Shown here one piece after another: positions 47,801 through 56,832 of a stretch of DNA of 64,000 bases; position 1 is the stretch's first letter; each line of letters opens with the position of its first letter. The notes beneath the pieces were generated by a model. The model saw only the letters and a program-made list of their open reading frames with translations. It made no database searches and was not told the DNA's origin. The DNA lies in IMG/VR virus record IMGVR_UViG_3300021379_000006, positions 1 to 64,000 of that record; one strand, 5' to 3'. The DNA is from a virus. Made by a program: the position numbers and the translations under genes.

Positions 47801-50800
47801 GCATCACTTACATATACTGTCTTTTGTGTACCATCTAATACTCTATTTCCAATTTCTGAAGTAAACTTAGGATCTTTAGCATCAACTCTTGTTTCTTCTT
47901 CTCTGGTTGTTTTAAGCAAAGAAGCTGTGTCATTAAACTGGTAAGCTCTACCTTCATTATCAGTGAGAACACCATTCTTAGCATTGTATCCTTCTATTGG
48001 TACTTTATCTTCATCAGCTTTGCTTGATTCTCTTTGAATTCTTGAAAACTCTCTTCTAAGTTCTTCAAAGAATAAATCAACAGTAGGTTCTGTAATTGTA
48101 GGTTGACCACTTGCATCAAATTCAACAGTCTTAATAATAGGTAAACCAAGTAAATCACCAGTATTAGATGCTTCAATAACTCTAATAAGAACAGGAGCCA
48201 ACGCAGTTTCTACAATCTCACCTTCTTCATTTGTAAATACAACAGTTTTATTCTGTTGTTTAAATGCCTGGTAATTAGCTAAATAGGAATTCACTAAAGT
48301 TGCAGTAAACTCTGCACCAGTTAGACTACCATATGTTTTACCATCTTTATCTAGAGCTACCCCACCATTTTCATCTAATGCATTTTCATCAGTAGATCCT
48401 AATGCACTTTCTTTTGTACCAGCAATTCTAAGAACGCTTAACCTTTCTTCTTCTGACAACTGCATGAAAGCAGGACTGTTCAAAAGAATATTAGTTAGAT
48501 TATATCCTTCCTGACCTTGTCTTAAATCTTCAAGGAAGGTTGCATCATTTAATTGTTGTACCATTTTTAGATGATACGTTGGCATTTGGTGAGCATAAAC
48601 AAAATTACCCTCTGCATTTAAGAATACACTTTGTCCAATTGTCTCATCAAACAAGGCATTATTCTTTGCAAGCAACTGCAATCTAGATTTAATACCACCT
48701 TTTCTTGTAAACAAGTAAGCTGATTTTCTTCTTGATGTTTTATTTAGCTGTAGTTGTTTTGTGAACTCTATGATTGTATCTCTACTAATCCCCTCAGCTT
48801 GTTTGTTACTTTCAACTAAAGATTGTTGATACTGAGTTCTGTTTTGAATGTTCTCAGCAATAGTAAATTCAATGTAAGCGGGGGATAGTTTTATACCTAC
48901 AGTCTCATATATATCATTAGATATCTGAGCAGCAACAGATGAAAGCTTAGAGTCTTCCATTGCTTCCATGGTTTCCAAGTAAGGTAACAAGCTTTCAAGA
49001 GCATCTACTGCATTGAGCATGTCAACTTCACTTTCCTTGATAGCTTTAAATCTTTCATTATGTGACTGTTTCCATATATCAATCTGATTAGCCGCATCGT
49101 CTCTATTAGCTGCATTGTACAACAATAGTTTTCTACCTTGAACGCCTCTTTTTGTATTAACGTGAGCAAATAAATAATCTACTCTAAAGTTTTCAAGACC
49201 TTTATACAACTCATTAAAGAATACACGGTTTGTGATACTATCAAGTATTTCTTCTCTTGTTCCAGTTAATACAATCTCTTCTGATGTACCCAATGTTCTA
49301 AAGATCTTATCTACAACAGCTGCTGTTTGTCTGTTACCTTTAGAAAATGAAAGCATTGCTCTAAGAATACTAATCTCATCTGTTAGATTTTTCACAGACT
49401 TAAGAAGACCATTATAAGCACTCTGATAATCTACAGGAATAAATATTGCACCCTTGCCGTCTAGTAATTCTACATTACCAAACTCATCAGCTGCTTCTAT
49501 CTTGGTTGTGCCTATAAATGCTCTAAATGCAACAGGCAAGCTAGAGAAACCACCAATCATTGATTGATCAGTATTCCAATCACCAACACCTCTTAAACCT
49601 TGATCATATTCTATTTCCTCATTCGCGTACTCCTCATCTTTTATTTGTCTATCAAATAAAGAAATATATTGAGCAACTGCATCGTATGTATTTTTCTCAT
49701 ACTCTGCTTTCTTAATTGTCTTTTCTACAGTTTCTTCACCAATCACACCACCCAGTGCAGTGTAAATTTTGATCATCTTTTCAATTTGATCTCCAGACTT
49801 ATTGCTATTGTGATCTGCCATAGGATCATAGAGTTCTCTAAAATCCTTAATGACTCTCATAACAAGTTCTTGTCTAGTTTCTTGATCTTCTATTTCACCA
49901 CCCTGTAGTCTTGTCAAGTATGTACCAGTCATGGTTCTGATTAAAGTATCAGCTGTATCAGGATCAAGATATTTTTTAGCAACACCTTTCTCTAATTCTA
50001 TTTCATCATAAGCAAGAACCTTAAATGCTTCTAATGTAATACCAGGCTTGAGACCTTGTGTAAACATATTATTCTGTACACCGGCTGATTTATATTTACC
50101 AGCATCAATGTTTCTGAATAACTTTTGTAATTCACTAACGCTATATGTACCAAATACATTCTTAATCCACTCAATAAGTCTATTAAAGAATGACTTAATT
50201 ACAGAACTAGTTTGTGTTGACTTAGGATTAGCTTTAAACTTCTCAAACTCATCAGCCATGTATTCTTCATAGTACTCTTTCTTGAGTTGCTTTTCGGACA
50301 TGTTCTGATATTTCTCAGCAGAGTTTTTGAACTTCTGTAGTTCTTCTGCAAGGGTTTTGCCTTCTGCTTTAAGCTTAGCTCTTACTTCATCGGCCGCTAT
50401 AGCCAAGTATTTAGCTTGCTCTTCTTCGCTAAGTAATAATCTAAACACTGCATGAAAAGCTTCATGGTATCTAAAACCTTTTGAACCTACATATACAGTA
50501 CCACCTATTTCTAGTTGACCAGCAAGATTTCTAAGATGCATAGCAAACAAACCAACAGGTACACCATTAGTTTTTAGTCTTTCTGCTACTTCACTAATAT
50601 CTCTAATCTGTACAAACTCAGGTAGATTTTCTGCAGCCCAGGTAATAAATGTATCAATATCTTCAACATCTTCAGCTGAGAAGTCTTCATCTACAATCTT
50701 AGGAGCAAAGCTATTTAAGATTCTTTCTCTTTTCTTGAACTCTTCATTAAGTTCATTGTAAGCTTGATCTACACCCCCAACTAAAATGTTGGTTAAATCT

Positions 50801-53800
50801 TTATTTGTTAGTTTACCAGCATCAACTTTTGCTTTTAAATCAGCAACGTAAGCCTCTCTAGCAGCTTTAGCTTTATCATATTCATTCTTAGCTTGAACAT
50901 AATCATCATCTGCTTTAGTCTGACTCTTTAATTGAGACGCTTTAAACTCAATCATGTTGGTAAGTACATTATATACTACACCCTCTCTTTCAGAAAGAGC
51001 TTCACCAACGGCATACTTAGCAGCAATAGCATCTAAGAATTCAGAATCAATACCTTCAAAGTTGTTTGCTCTAAGTTCTTCAAACTCTTCTTCACTCAGT
51101 TCATCAACAGTAGCTGCAGACAATTGATTATTTAAGTTGTCTAATGTTTGTTGAGCATTTGAGTTATCTGCAACATCATCATCAGCTACACTATCTAGAG
51201 CTCTTTGAGCACCAATATATTCTTCTACAGAAGCGTCATCTACAGAGTAATCTAAGTATACATCATAAAATGCTTCAGGATTAATATTAGTGGTTGTAAT
51301 GTATCTAATTGCTTGTGCTGAAATCTCGGTAGGTATATTCTTTCTAAATGAATCAGAGGTTGCTTTTAACTTCAGACTTTTTACAGTTGCATCTGCATTC
51401 ATTGCAGCATTTAAAGCACTCATTAATTTATCAAAAGAATCAACTTGTGTTGTAGATGGGTCTATAAATGCGGAGAATAGCTTTTTATCATTTACTGTAT
51501 CAATAAGTACTAGCTCTAAGGCACCACGAGCACTTACCTTTAATTGAGCATCATAACCAGATCTCAATGAAATATAAAACTTATCATTGAACTCATCATT
51601 AAAGGTGTCGTTGTATCCTTTAGACTTAACTACTTTTTTACCTTCTACAATATCAACGTTTTCTTCAACTGTTTTAGCAGCCCGGTCAAGCATCTCTTGT
51701 AAAAGTCCATCCTTGCTTTCTTGATCAAGAGCTGTTGGTTTTAATGGAGCAAATATAATATTGCCGTTAGGCATTTTAATTACAGCATTATATCTATCAT
51801 TTTTACTCTTAAGAAAATCTAATAATGATGTACCATTCTGTAATGTCTTATTATTAAGTTCAGCTAAAACTTTATTTCTTAATTCCTTGTGTTCTTTAGA
51901 ACCTTTGGGATAATTTGTTTTAACATCTACAATTCTATTTCTTTTCTTAGTTTGAGGATCTAATCTATAACTATAATCAATTACAACAAATTCTCCATCA
52001 TAAGTACTGTATGGTAAAGATTCTACTGCGGTTTGAACATCACTATAAAGCTTGCCGAATCCTTGTCCAAACCTCAGCATTTCTACAAAATCAGATAAGA
52101 ACATGTTTTCAACGTCATCTGTTCTATCTAAAATTCTTTTTCTTATTATTTGCTGAGTTGCTAAGTCTCTAATACCTTTAACAGGATCTGAGAAATATTT
52201 TTTTGCCTCTTCTTTTGAAAGAGTAAATGGATTTACTTCTGAACCATCTTCTGCAAAAAACTTTAAATTACCAGAAGGCAATTGAATATCTATAGAGTCT
52301 AGGGAACCCTCCTGCCCAGCATCTCTTAATATCTTATTTATTTTATTTCTAAGCTCAGGATCAGCTATAACAAGTCTAAAGCTGTGAGATTCGTCAGTAT
52401 ACTTAATTAATGGATTTGTCTTACCATTGGTACCATTGGTACCATTAAAGTCAGATAGATTAGAAGATTTTTTATTTTCGCTAACAACTACTCTAATGTT
52501 TTGCAAATCTTCTTGAGAAAGATTTTGAAGTAATACAGATAGTATTGTCTCACCTTGTTCTCTATCAAGAGTATCTGACATTGGATATATACCCAAGATG
52601 CTTTTAGCACCAGCTCTTGGCATATCTTTAGTAACAAGGGTGTCAGCAAATGACTCTTCCAATACAGAGAATTTAGACTTAAATTCATCAGCAGTTACTC
52701 TGATAGCAGCTTTCTCTCTTTGCTTGGTTGTTTTGTATTTCTCTATATCTTCCTCTGGTACTATAAATAGGGTGCCGTTAGATTCTACTTTAGCTGGTGT
52801 ACCTAAAGAAACATATCTCTTACCTTTCTTATCTACTACAATATCACCATAGTGAAGGGTTTGTCCCGCAAACTCAAAAGGATCTGTTTCTGGTACTGTG
52901 CTTAATAATGATCTCCAAACTTTTTTAGCATCTGAGATCTTAGAGTATGATGCTCTAATTTTGCTTTTGTCTATACCAGCTGCTTCATAGAGTTCATCAG
53001 AAATCTCTGTACCGTTAGAAAGCTCAACAATATATTGATCTACAAGCTTACCCTCTACCTTAGCTTTAGTTTTTCTAATTCTAACTCCAGCACGCTCTTC
53101 AACAATTTTATCTTTGCTGTTTGCAGGAGTAGATTGTTTTTGATCAGAAAGAACTTCAAATGATAAACCAACGCTTTCACCAGCATCTATAACTAGTTCA
53201 CGCACTTGGTCATTATCTTTATTAGCCTGGATCCATTCTTTGAATCCTCTCTCTTCTTTAATTACATCACCTATATTTGGTTTACTCTGATCTAAAGAAG
53301 CAACCCATAATGCTTTTAAGTCCGTAAGAATAGAAGCAACCTTCTGTCCTTCTTTAGATGCACTATATTGTTCAAGAGATAATCTTTGCTTACCAGTTGC
53401 TGTTCTTGCAGCGTTTACACCTTTGTGTATTCTTCTAAGTATACCTTTTGCAAAAGCATTTACAGACTCGTCATTGTTGATGACCTTTGCCGCTTTATCA
53501 GAGTCAGGTGCATCCTCATCAAGTTCTTCTTCTAGATCTTCTGTATCTTGTACTTCTTCTGGCTGAGTTAATTTGATATAGTTATTTTTGATTCTCTCAA
53601 TCTCCATAACTTTATCTGCATCAACTGTTTTTTCAACAAGACCGTTTTCTGTGTAAAAAGTTTGAAGAAACTCTGGGTTACCGGTTTCTAAGAATAATTC
53701 TGCTTCAGCTGGATCAGGTACAATACCTAATTCATCTAAGTCTTTTAAAACTTGTGCTGCTTCTTCCTTATTTATTGCAGCATCAATTCTTTCTCTTACT

Positions 53801-56800
53801 GCTTTTCTGTCTTGCTCATACTGCTGTTTAAAGAAAGCAGCGCCTCTTTCTACAATTGATTCATAGTTACCAGGATTAGCCATAAACTCAACAGCTTTAT
53901 CATAAGCTCTTGTTCTATATTGTAGCTCACCATAGTCAACCATTTTCTTTAAGACCTCTTTTACTTTAGCTTTGTTTGCATAAGCTCCATTTTCTTCTGC
54001 TAAGAATTCAATGTAAGCAACAAATGCTTTTTCTAAAGTTGATGTTTCAGTTGACTTAAGAATCTTTTCTCCATTAACTTCTTCAAGCTCACTTGCAATG
54101 GTTGTAAGACTACCAATCTTTCTTTTATCAAATCTAGTTGCACCGTCTTTGCCTTTAGTTGATATTTGATTCTTGGGATCTGTTAATACCTTACGATAAT
54201 TATTAAGGAGCTTAAGTTTCTTTTCTTTTTTAGCCAACAACTCTGCATCAGCTTCAGATTCTTTTAATGCTATAATCTCCGCTTGTAGTAAAGAAATCTC
54301 TCTTTGTATAGTATCTGGATCCAGAAGAGTTGTTAGATCACTTGCGCCTAACTTAGATATATTAATACCACCCTCTGTTCCAGGAACATATACTAAATCA
54401 CTTGATGATAGTTCATTAGCAATTGTTTGCATCCTTTTTAAAGAATCTTCAAATGCTGTTCTAGTAAACATTGCTAGGTATCTTGCATGATTCCAAGCTA
54501 TTTGTTTGTATAACTCATTATTATACTCTCTAGATCCTTTCTTATAAGCATTTGCATCATATGGATTTGGGAACTTATCATTAAGATCATTGTAGTTATC
54601 TTCTATCTTATATGATTTATCTAAGAAATCTTGCAATCTCTTTCTAACCTTACCACTCTTTGCATCTTTAGCTGCATTAGGAAAAGCTTGAGCAAGTTCT
54701 TCATCTGATAGGTTCATTAAATCTTTTAGTTGTTTTCTAAAAGGTTCAATCATATCATTCTGCAGCAAAGATTCTAATTGAGCAAACTCTAAGTAATCTT
54801 GGTTATCTTTAAAACCAAGAGGATCTTGCTCATATGCAGATCTTTGTTGTTCTGCAGCAGCTTGTCTTACCTTAACAAAGTTTAAGTTTGCTGTATCAAA
54901 TAAAGAATTTAGTTCTGCTTGTTGATCCCATTTTTCATTTGCAGTCTTTACAAGAGTGTTTAAAAGATTTTCTCTATCCTGCTTGTTCTTCTGGAACTCC
55001 TCCTTATTAAAGATTCTATTATACGTATCTGGTACTGTATTATAGATAAGTTTAGATCCACCACCTAGGATACCCCCGGTAGCAAACCCAGACATAAAGA
55101 CCTCAAAACCTTGAGCTGAGTATTGACTATCAACAGCATTATTTAATGCAGCATTAAGTGCAACACGAGTGTCTGTTGCTGGATCCTTAAGCAGTTCGCT
55201 ATAGTAATCTACAACACCAACTTGTAAACCTTCTTGGTAAAGTTCCTGAACACCTTCTGCAATATTAGCTGCAAAGAATCTTAAAGCACCGTGGGCACCT
55301 TTCATCACATAATCCCCAAAACTATATGCATTTCTTCTTTGTTGTCTACCAGCTTTGGTCCAAATGCTTTTCTTTACTTCAAAAGGACTTCTTGCTATCT
55401 TACCATCAACACCAACTGTTTTCTTAGTTTGGAGTATTTTTTTACCGAGTTTGCCAGTACTATTGTCAAGTGCTCTAGCCAATCCTCTACTAAAAGGACT
55501 AACAACAGCGCCTAAACTAATTCTATTAGTCAAATAAATTACAGGAGCGTTTGCCCAAGTTGTAGTTGAACTGGCTTTAACCGCTTGTTCTTGAATTGAT
55601 GCAAGCTGAGCATCTGTTAGATTTTTTTGACCTGTTCTATCTCTTTCAATTTGAATACCATTAGACATCATGGTATTATAAACAAACCCAGACTCAAGAC
55701 GGCTTTCATCAAGAGCTAGATCAATCATTCTGATATCTCTGTAAAAACCACCAAAAGCAGCATACCCTTTACCAAGTTTATGTATTGCAGTACCTACATC
55801 TTTTGTTTTATCAAAGCTTCTTAGGGCTTGCATTGTTTCAGGTAAGAATATTCTTCCTGCTAGATTTTCTCCTGATTTAATTCCTGTCCAAAAATCACGG
55901 GCTTTATCAGTATTTCTTAAAGCACCAACAATAGATCTCCCACCTTTAAAAGCTCTACCAATAGCAAATGCATCGCCCATTCTGTTAAACATCCTTGTAA
56001 GTCTGGCCATATTATAAGCAGTTCTTGCAGTTGAAGCTGCTGCTGCTCCTGCAGCTGCTACACCAGATGCGCCACCTGTTACAGGTGTTGCAGCAGCTAG
56101 TGCTGCCGTTCCTGCCCACATTGCAATTTCTTCTGCTGCAATGCTTGACATAATACTAATACTATATGCGGAGTTCAATGCAAATCTGTTAAATGCTGCA
56201 CCAAATCCTTCACGAGTATCATTACCAATTCTCAGGGCTTCTTCCATTTTTACAGCAGATTCTGTGTCTGGATCTCCATCAAATAAATCAAATACACCTT
56301 GATTATTATTATCAAACAGTGCATCTGATAAACCAAAGAAACTAAAACCGGGTGAAAAGTTTTCACCAAATTGGCTCATTGCTCTACTAAAGTTATCATA
56401 CCATGTAGAGTTCTCATTGTAATAAGTCTCATTGTCTCTATATGGATTAAAGCCTAAGTCTGCAAATTTTGGATGAGCATAAAAATGATCAAAGTTTGTT
56501 TCTCTAATACTAAAAGATGTTCTTGGCTTAATATCTCTTTGACTAGTTGGTTCAGAAAATGTTTGTTTAACATCAAACCACGTGTTCGCAAAATCTACAG
56601 GCTTTTGTTGAGGAACTCCTTGAGCAGATCCAGGAACACCATTGATATAAGGACTTATGGTAGTAACCATATTAAGATACTCATCATCTACAGTTTGTAG
56701 ATAATCAGGATCATATCCTAAATCTAAAATATCAACTGGTTCATATTCTCTATTTGCTTGTGATGAATTTGAAAACCCCTGTTGATCTAGTGGTTTGTTT

Positions 56801-56814
56801 AAATTATTATCCAT
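41848..56814 (-). CDS. Giant virion-packaged RNA polymerase (crAss-like), with zincin domain
   Basis: RIPSQ and GADFDIDK (DFDID at 45466-45480), MTDNAKE; HEAFH...EEYMAD zincin. Confidence 0.9.
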   Translation of the reverse strand: MDNNLNKPLDQQGFSNSSQANREYEPVDILDLGYDPDYLQTVDDEYLNMVTTISPYINGVPGSAQGVPQQKPVDFANTWFDVKQTFSEPTSQRDIKPRTSFSIRETNFDHFYAHPKFADLGFNPYRDNETYYNENSTWYDNFSRAMSQFGENFSPGFSFFGLSDALFDNNNQGVFDLFDGDPDTESAVKMEEALRIGNDTREGFGAAFNRFALNSAYSISIMSSIAAEEIAMWAGTAALAAATPVTGGASGVAAAGAAAASTARTAYNMARLTRMFNRMGDAFAIGRAFKGGRSIVGALRNTDKARDFWTGIKSGENLAGRIFLPETMQALRSFDKTKDVGTAIHKLGKGYAAFGGFYRDIRMIDLALDESRLESGFVYNTMMSNGIQIERDRTGQKNLTDAQLASIQEQAVKASSTTTWANAPVIYLTNRISLGAVVSPFSRGLARALDNSTGKLGKKILQTKKTVGVDGKIARSPFEVKKSIWTKAGRQQRRNAYSFGDYVMKGAHGALRFFAANIAEGVQELYQEGLQVGVVDYYSELLKDPATDTRVALNAALNNAVDSQYSAQGFEVFMSGFATGGILGGGSKLIYNTVPDTYNRIFNKEEFQKNKQDRENLLNTLVKTANEKWDQQAELNSLFDTANLNFVKVRQAAAEQQRSAYEQDPLGFKDNQDYLEFAQLESLLQNDMIEPFRKQLKDLMNLSDEELAQAFPNAAKDAKSGKVRKRLQDFLDKSYKIEDNYNDLNDKFPNPYDANAYKKGSREYNNELYKQIAWNHARYLAMFTRTAFEDSLKRMQTIANELSSSDLVYVPGTEGGINISKLGASDLTTLLDPDTIQREISLLQAEIIALKESEADAELLAKKEKKLKLLNNYRKVLTDPKNQISTKGKDGATRFDKRKIGSLTTIASELEEVNGEKILKSTETSTLEKAFVAYIEFLAEENGAYANKAKVKEVLKKMVDYGELQYRTRAYDKAVEFMANPGNYESIVERGAAFFKQQYEQDRKAVRERIDAAINKEEAAQVLKDLDELGIVPDPAEAELFLETGNPEFLQTFYTENGLVEKTVDADKVMEIERIKNNYIKLTQPEEVQDTEDLEEELDEDAPDSDKAAKVINNDESVNAFAKGILRRIHKGVNAARTATGKQRLSLEQYSASKEGQKVASILTDLKALWVASLDQSKPNIGDVIKEERGFKEWIQANKDNDQVRELVIDAGESVGLSFEVLSDQKQSTPANSKDKIVEERAGVRIRKTKAKVEGKLVDQYIVELSNGTEISDELYEAAGIDKSKIRASYSKISDAKKVWRSLLSTVPETDPFEFAGQTLHYGDIVVDKKGKRYVSLGTPAKVESNGTLFIVPEEDIEKYKTTKQREKAAIRVTADEFKSKFSVLEESFADTLVTKDMPRAGAKSILGIYPMSDTLDREQGETILSVLLQNLSQEDLQNIRVVVSENKKSSNLSDFNGTNGTNGKTNPLIKYTDESHSFRLVIADPELRNKINKILRDAGQEGSLDSIDIQLPSGNLKFFAEDGSEVNPFTLSKEEAKKYFSDPVKGIRDLATQQIIRKRILDRTDDVENMFLSDFVEMLRFGQGFGKLYSDVQTAVESLPYSTYDGEFVVIDYSYRLDPQTKKRNRIVDVKTNYPKGSKEHKELRNKVLAELNNKTLQNGTSLLDFLKSKNDRYNAVIKMPNGNIIFAPLKPTALDQESKDGLLQEMLDRAAKTVEENVDIVEGKKVVKSKGYNDTFNDEFNDKFYISLRSGYDAQLKVSARGALELVLIDTVNDKKLFSAFIDPSTTQVDSFDKLMSALNAAMNADATVKSLKLKATSDSFRKNIPTEISAQAIRYITTTNINPEAFYDVYLDYSVDDASVEEYIGAQRALDSVADDDVADNSNAQQTLDNLNNQLSAATVDELSEEEFEELRANNFEGIDSEFLDAIAAKYAVGEALSEREGVVYNVLTNMIEFKASQLKSQTKADDDYVQAKNEYDKAKAAREAYVADLKAKVDAGKLTNKDLTNILVGGVDQAYNELNEEFKKRERILNSFAPKIVDEDFSAEDVEDIDTFITWAAENLPEFVQIRDISEVAERLKTNGVPVGLFAMHLRNLAGQLEIGGTVYVGSKGFRYHEAFHAVFRLLLSEEEQAKYLAIAADEVRAKLKAEGKTLAEELQKFKNSAEKYQNMSEKQLKKEYYEEYMADEFEKFKANPKSTQTSSVIKSFFNRLIEWIKNVFGTYSVSELQKLFRNIDAGKYKSAGVQNNMFTQGLKPGITLEAFKVLAYDEIELEKGVAKKYLDPDTADTLIRTMTGTYLTRLQGGEIEDQETRQELVMRVIKDFRELYDPMADHNSNKSGDQIEKMIKIYTALGGVIGEETVEKTIKKAEYEKNTYDAVAQYISLFDRQIKDEEYANEEIEYDQGLRGVGDWNTDQSMIGGFSSLPVAFRAFIGTTKIEAADEFGNVELLDGKGAIFIPVDYQSAYNGLLKSVKNLTDEISILRAMLSFSKGNRQTAAVVDKIFRTLGTSEEIVLTGTREEILDSITNRVFFNELYKGLENFRVDYLFAHVNTKRGVQGRKLLLYNAANRDDAANQIDIWKQSHNERFKAIKESEVDMLNAVDALESLLPYLETMEAMEDSKLSSVAAQISNDIYETVGIKLSPAYIEFTIAENIQNRTQYQQSLVESNKQAEGISRDTIIEFTKQLQLNKTSRRKSAYLFTRKGGIKSRLQLLAKNNALFDETIGQSVFLNAEGNFVYAHQMPTYHLKMVQQLNDATFLEDLRQGQEGYNLTNILLNSPAFMQLSEEERLSVLRIAGTKESALGSTDENALDENGGVALDKDGKTYGSLTGAEFTATLVNSYLANYQAFKQQNKTVVFTNEEGEIVETALAPVLIRVIEASNTGDLLGLPIIKTVEFDASGQPTITEPTVDLFFEELRREFSRIQRESSKADEDKVPIEGYNAKNGVLTDNEGRAYQFNDTASLLKTTREEETRVDAKDPKFTSEIGNRVLDGTQKTVYVSDAQSKTIGLTLKNTRANVTVRSGEQEGVFVLRALGQTKVDNTNISNIVKSMGDAVQLEKSKQFNFAVNVGDTTLYVETKVMKDFLEGKKTRFGYELVPIDEFKEEIALQTEFDFKEELEQIAINNPDISLEQAVGMLNESSITLTSFKELLKTRLMSEYERFAQELDNLRVKDLISSDILNGITDDNGVAQGDAAMEQLNLVRDNEDYNLMQIFFNDWLNTKAINQLLLGDQAISLKDSVDKVKRAKMQNASYKSAYTPVIDESRGVYHATENISLVTFSDTLFDRKYSGGQGERTDAQVYITTKALRHMLFGFAELTQDKAELLDKLERGEKVTAKEYYAAGGHIKQGSVFNSLKLVYGDGQTFLKMSAVVLTPELTTRKDGTAKVQYEELHNLRLKLEKIEADGDQTIAMAAPASASKMMKPNVVSNEAAFGQFNSNAQALPHTMLNARFMGLQLVNPSNKQKITDPTQLRSLITSEQADDVEVMIKTLDGYVSKTLGELREFYNRGTAARLNLKYHNKVNLIADFSLETAMRSLGDSKKLGSLTIELRDFLQFAQEGLKASQASSNVIEFFDPSGQYDLNNPMVIDKFEQLFLSYFTKETMSEKVAGDALALMSDSGVKVVRRVFSVDENGVPDKFEVIRDKVYNSNPLPIEIDIDSEGNLVGLADAIERSNGKGVIVRDELRHNLKEYDQDGNFTGVRYTESIMPAFSEEIMEMIEETAKAMPDVFAKMFAVRIPSQDKHSALATKVVDFLPSSYGSTAIFSKELIEISGADFDIDKVYTQMKEWYIKNGKFIEYGDTTRTDQEQFDDYIHYVGKEINSPSSVYAKALEKGKRRLREQGRFTDEEAKRIGKGITTALKVLGLPTTVEEFVAYRDEFGYPYEAALNNQLLDYKFALWGNEGNTVARKDGENPIAYDPAVLTPLTDVWEDIQKELPELAQLVEEEGIDVDNLFGKGRAFKNNKEGAGAIGAAVLPNLYLNLLGEFDIEIRSKVVGGQTIPQIEFNGIRYNKFNEQYERLAKDGKETQGNRTQFIISALITAMTDNAKERLAAKLGLNRDALAVVTTLTKLGVPIKTSILLVNHPIIREEYFAANNKRRATDPGIATRIQSIIKTLELDFADNGIRTNTVQVSDELLKEQIRKGDDLVVNPEMDFEEASAIYSILKQFMAAHNVKSFLSNMSSVMNISKGPGRTFADVNQKLTEIKNLGVGLSDKEFADLEFKGAPVPIDVRPIFKSDAWQANMVKVLNHFSNVILPNVFVSKTPAFDRLLSATLRNLTSNDYVLDAEQKDKIGKDLLSYLTIKAYMHSLDKKGSQMSLGSLNNAFIYPQSGAALNINGLVDQLREIYPDNFFLNEFIFNENARDLDNKSGIHKAESNTFGKRSDIDKLRIQNSFIEIFSNNRLEATHLIHYMMVKDGLQFGAGSLLEAVTPALLDTFSTSIEDIHDMMKKDRLDLFESKFGMSYRELLNDFVLGYLQSNKNNILLNRVSNIPFYKQVFEETEVLRGQVNKKIVEANPDKVYVYVDNAKQLGTVGSSTVRGMENALPLTLMYDLTTMFDSEDLDSFVERFDTEVNDILESGKPIVFPKQLLDKKQRKKLKSASKDIYNYIEQKLRQEFGYSLTKGVLTETGSTTQRAINVAPIAMSLTNEENVFIVDIYKGVKPFKRSGNTQNTRKFGDRFNENQFKKLAKNISQLERKGFVIKKDIIINGKRTFVVELPAVLKVVTGKKNKTVRYFRLKETYTPVTVTEDNIINSSEGVSIGNAGVYEEIKMKGSNYQNGIGFMFDGGGFERPAYTDIRTFVEKLEKEGGFEEGFLPVSEQAALSQAKIMGYDIDYIGNTVYVDLNSFAPAGVGKNLVKVSDLTMEMLEENDLGLTAEDFDEYAPGGGGGVEADVTSQEVDASEAPAVSLSLFDQLEETNLEEEYPALVDFWDENVQTNPEAREKLRDQNINDLEDFIAQRNDPDLNYNSDEDFLDNIKSCIL

Positions 56815-56832
56815 GCCTAGATATTATATTCT

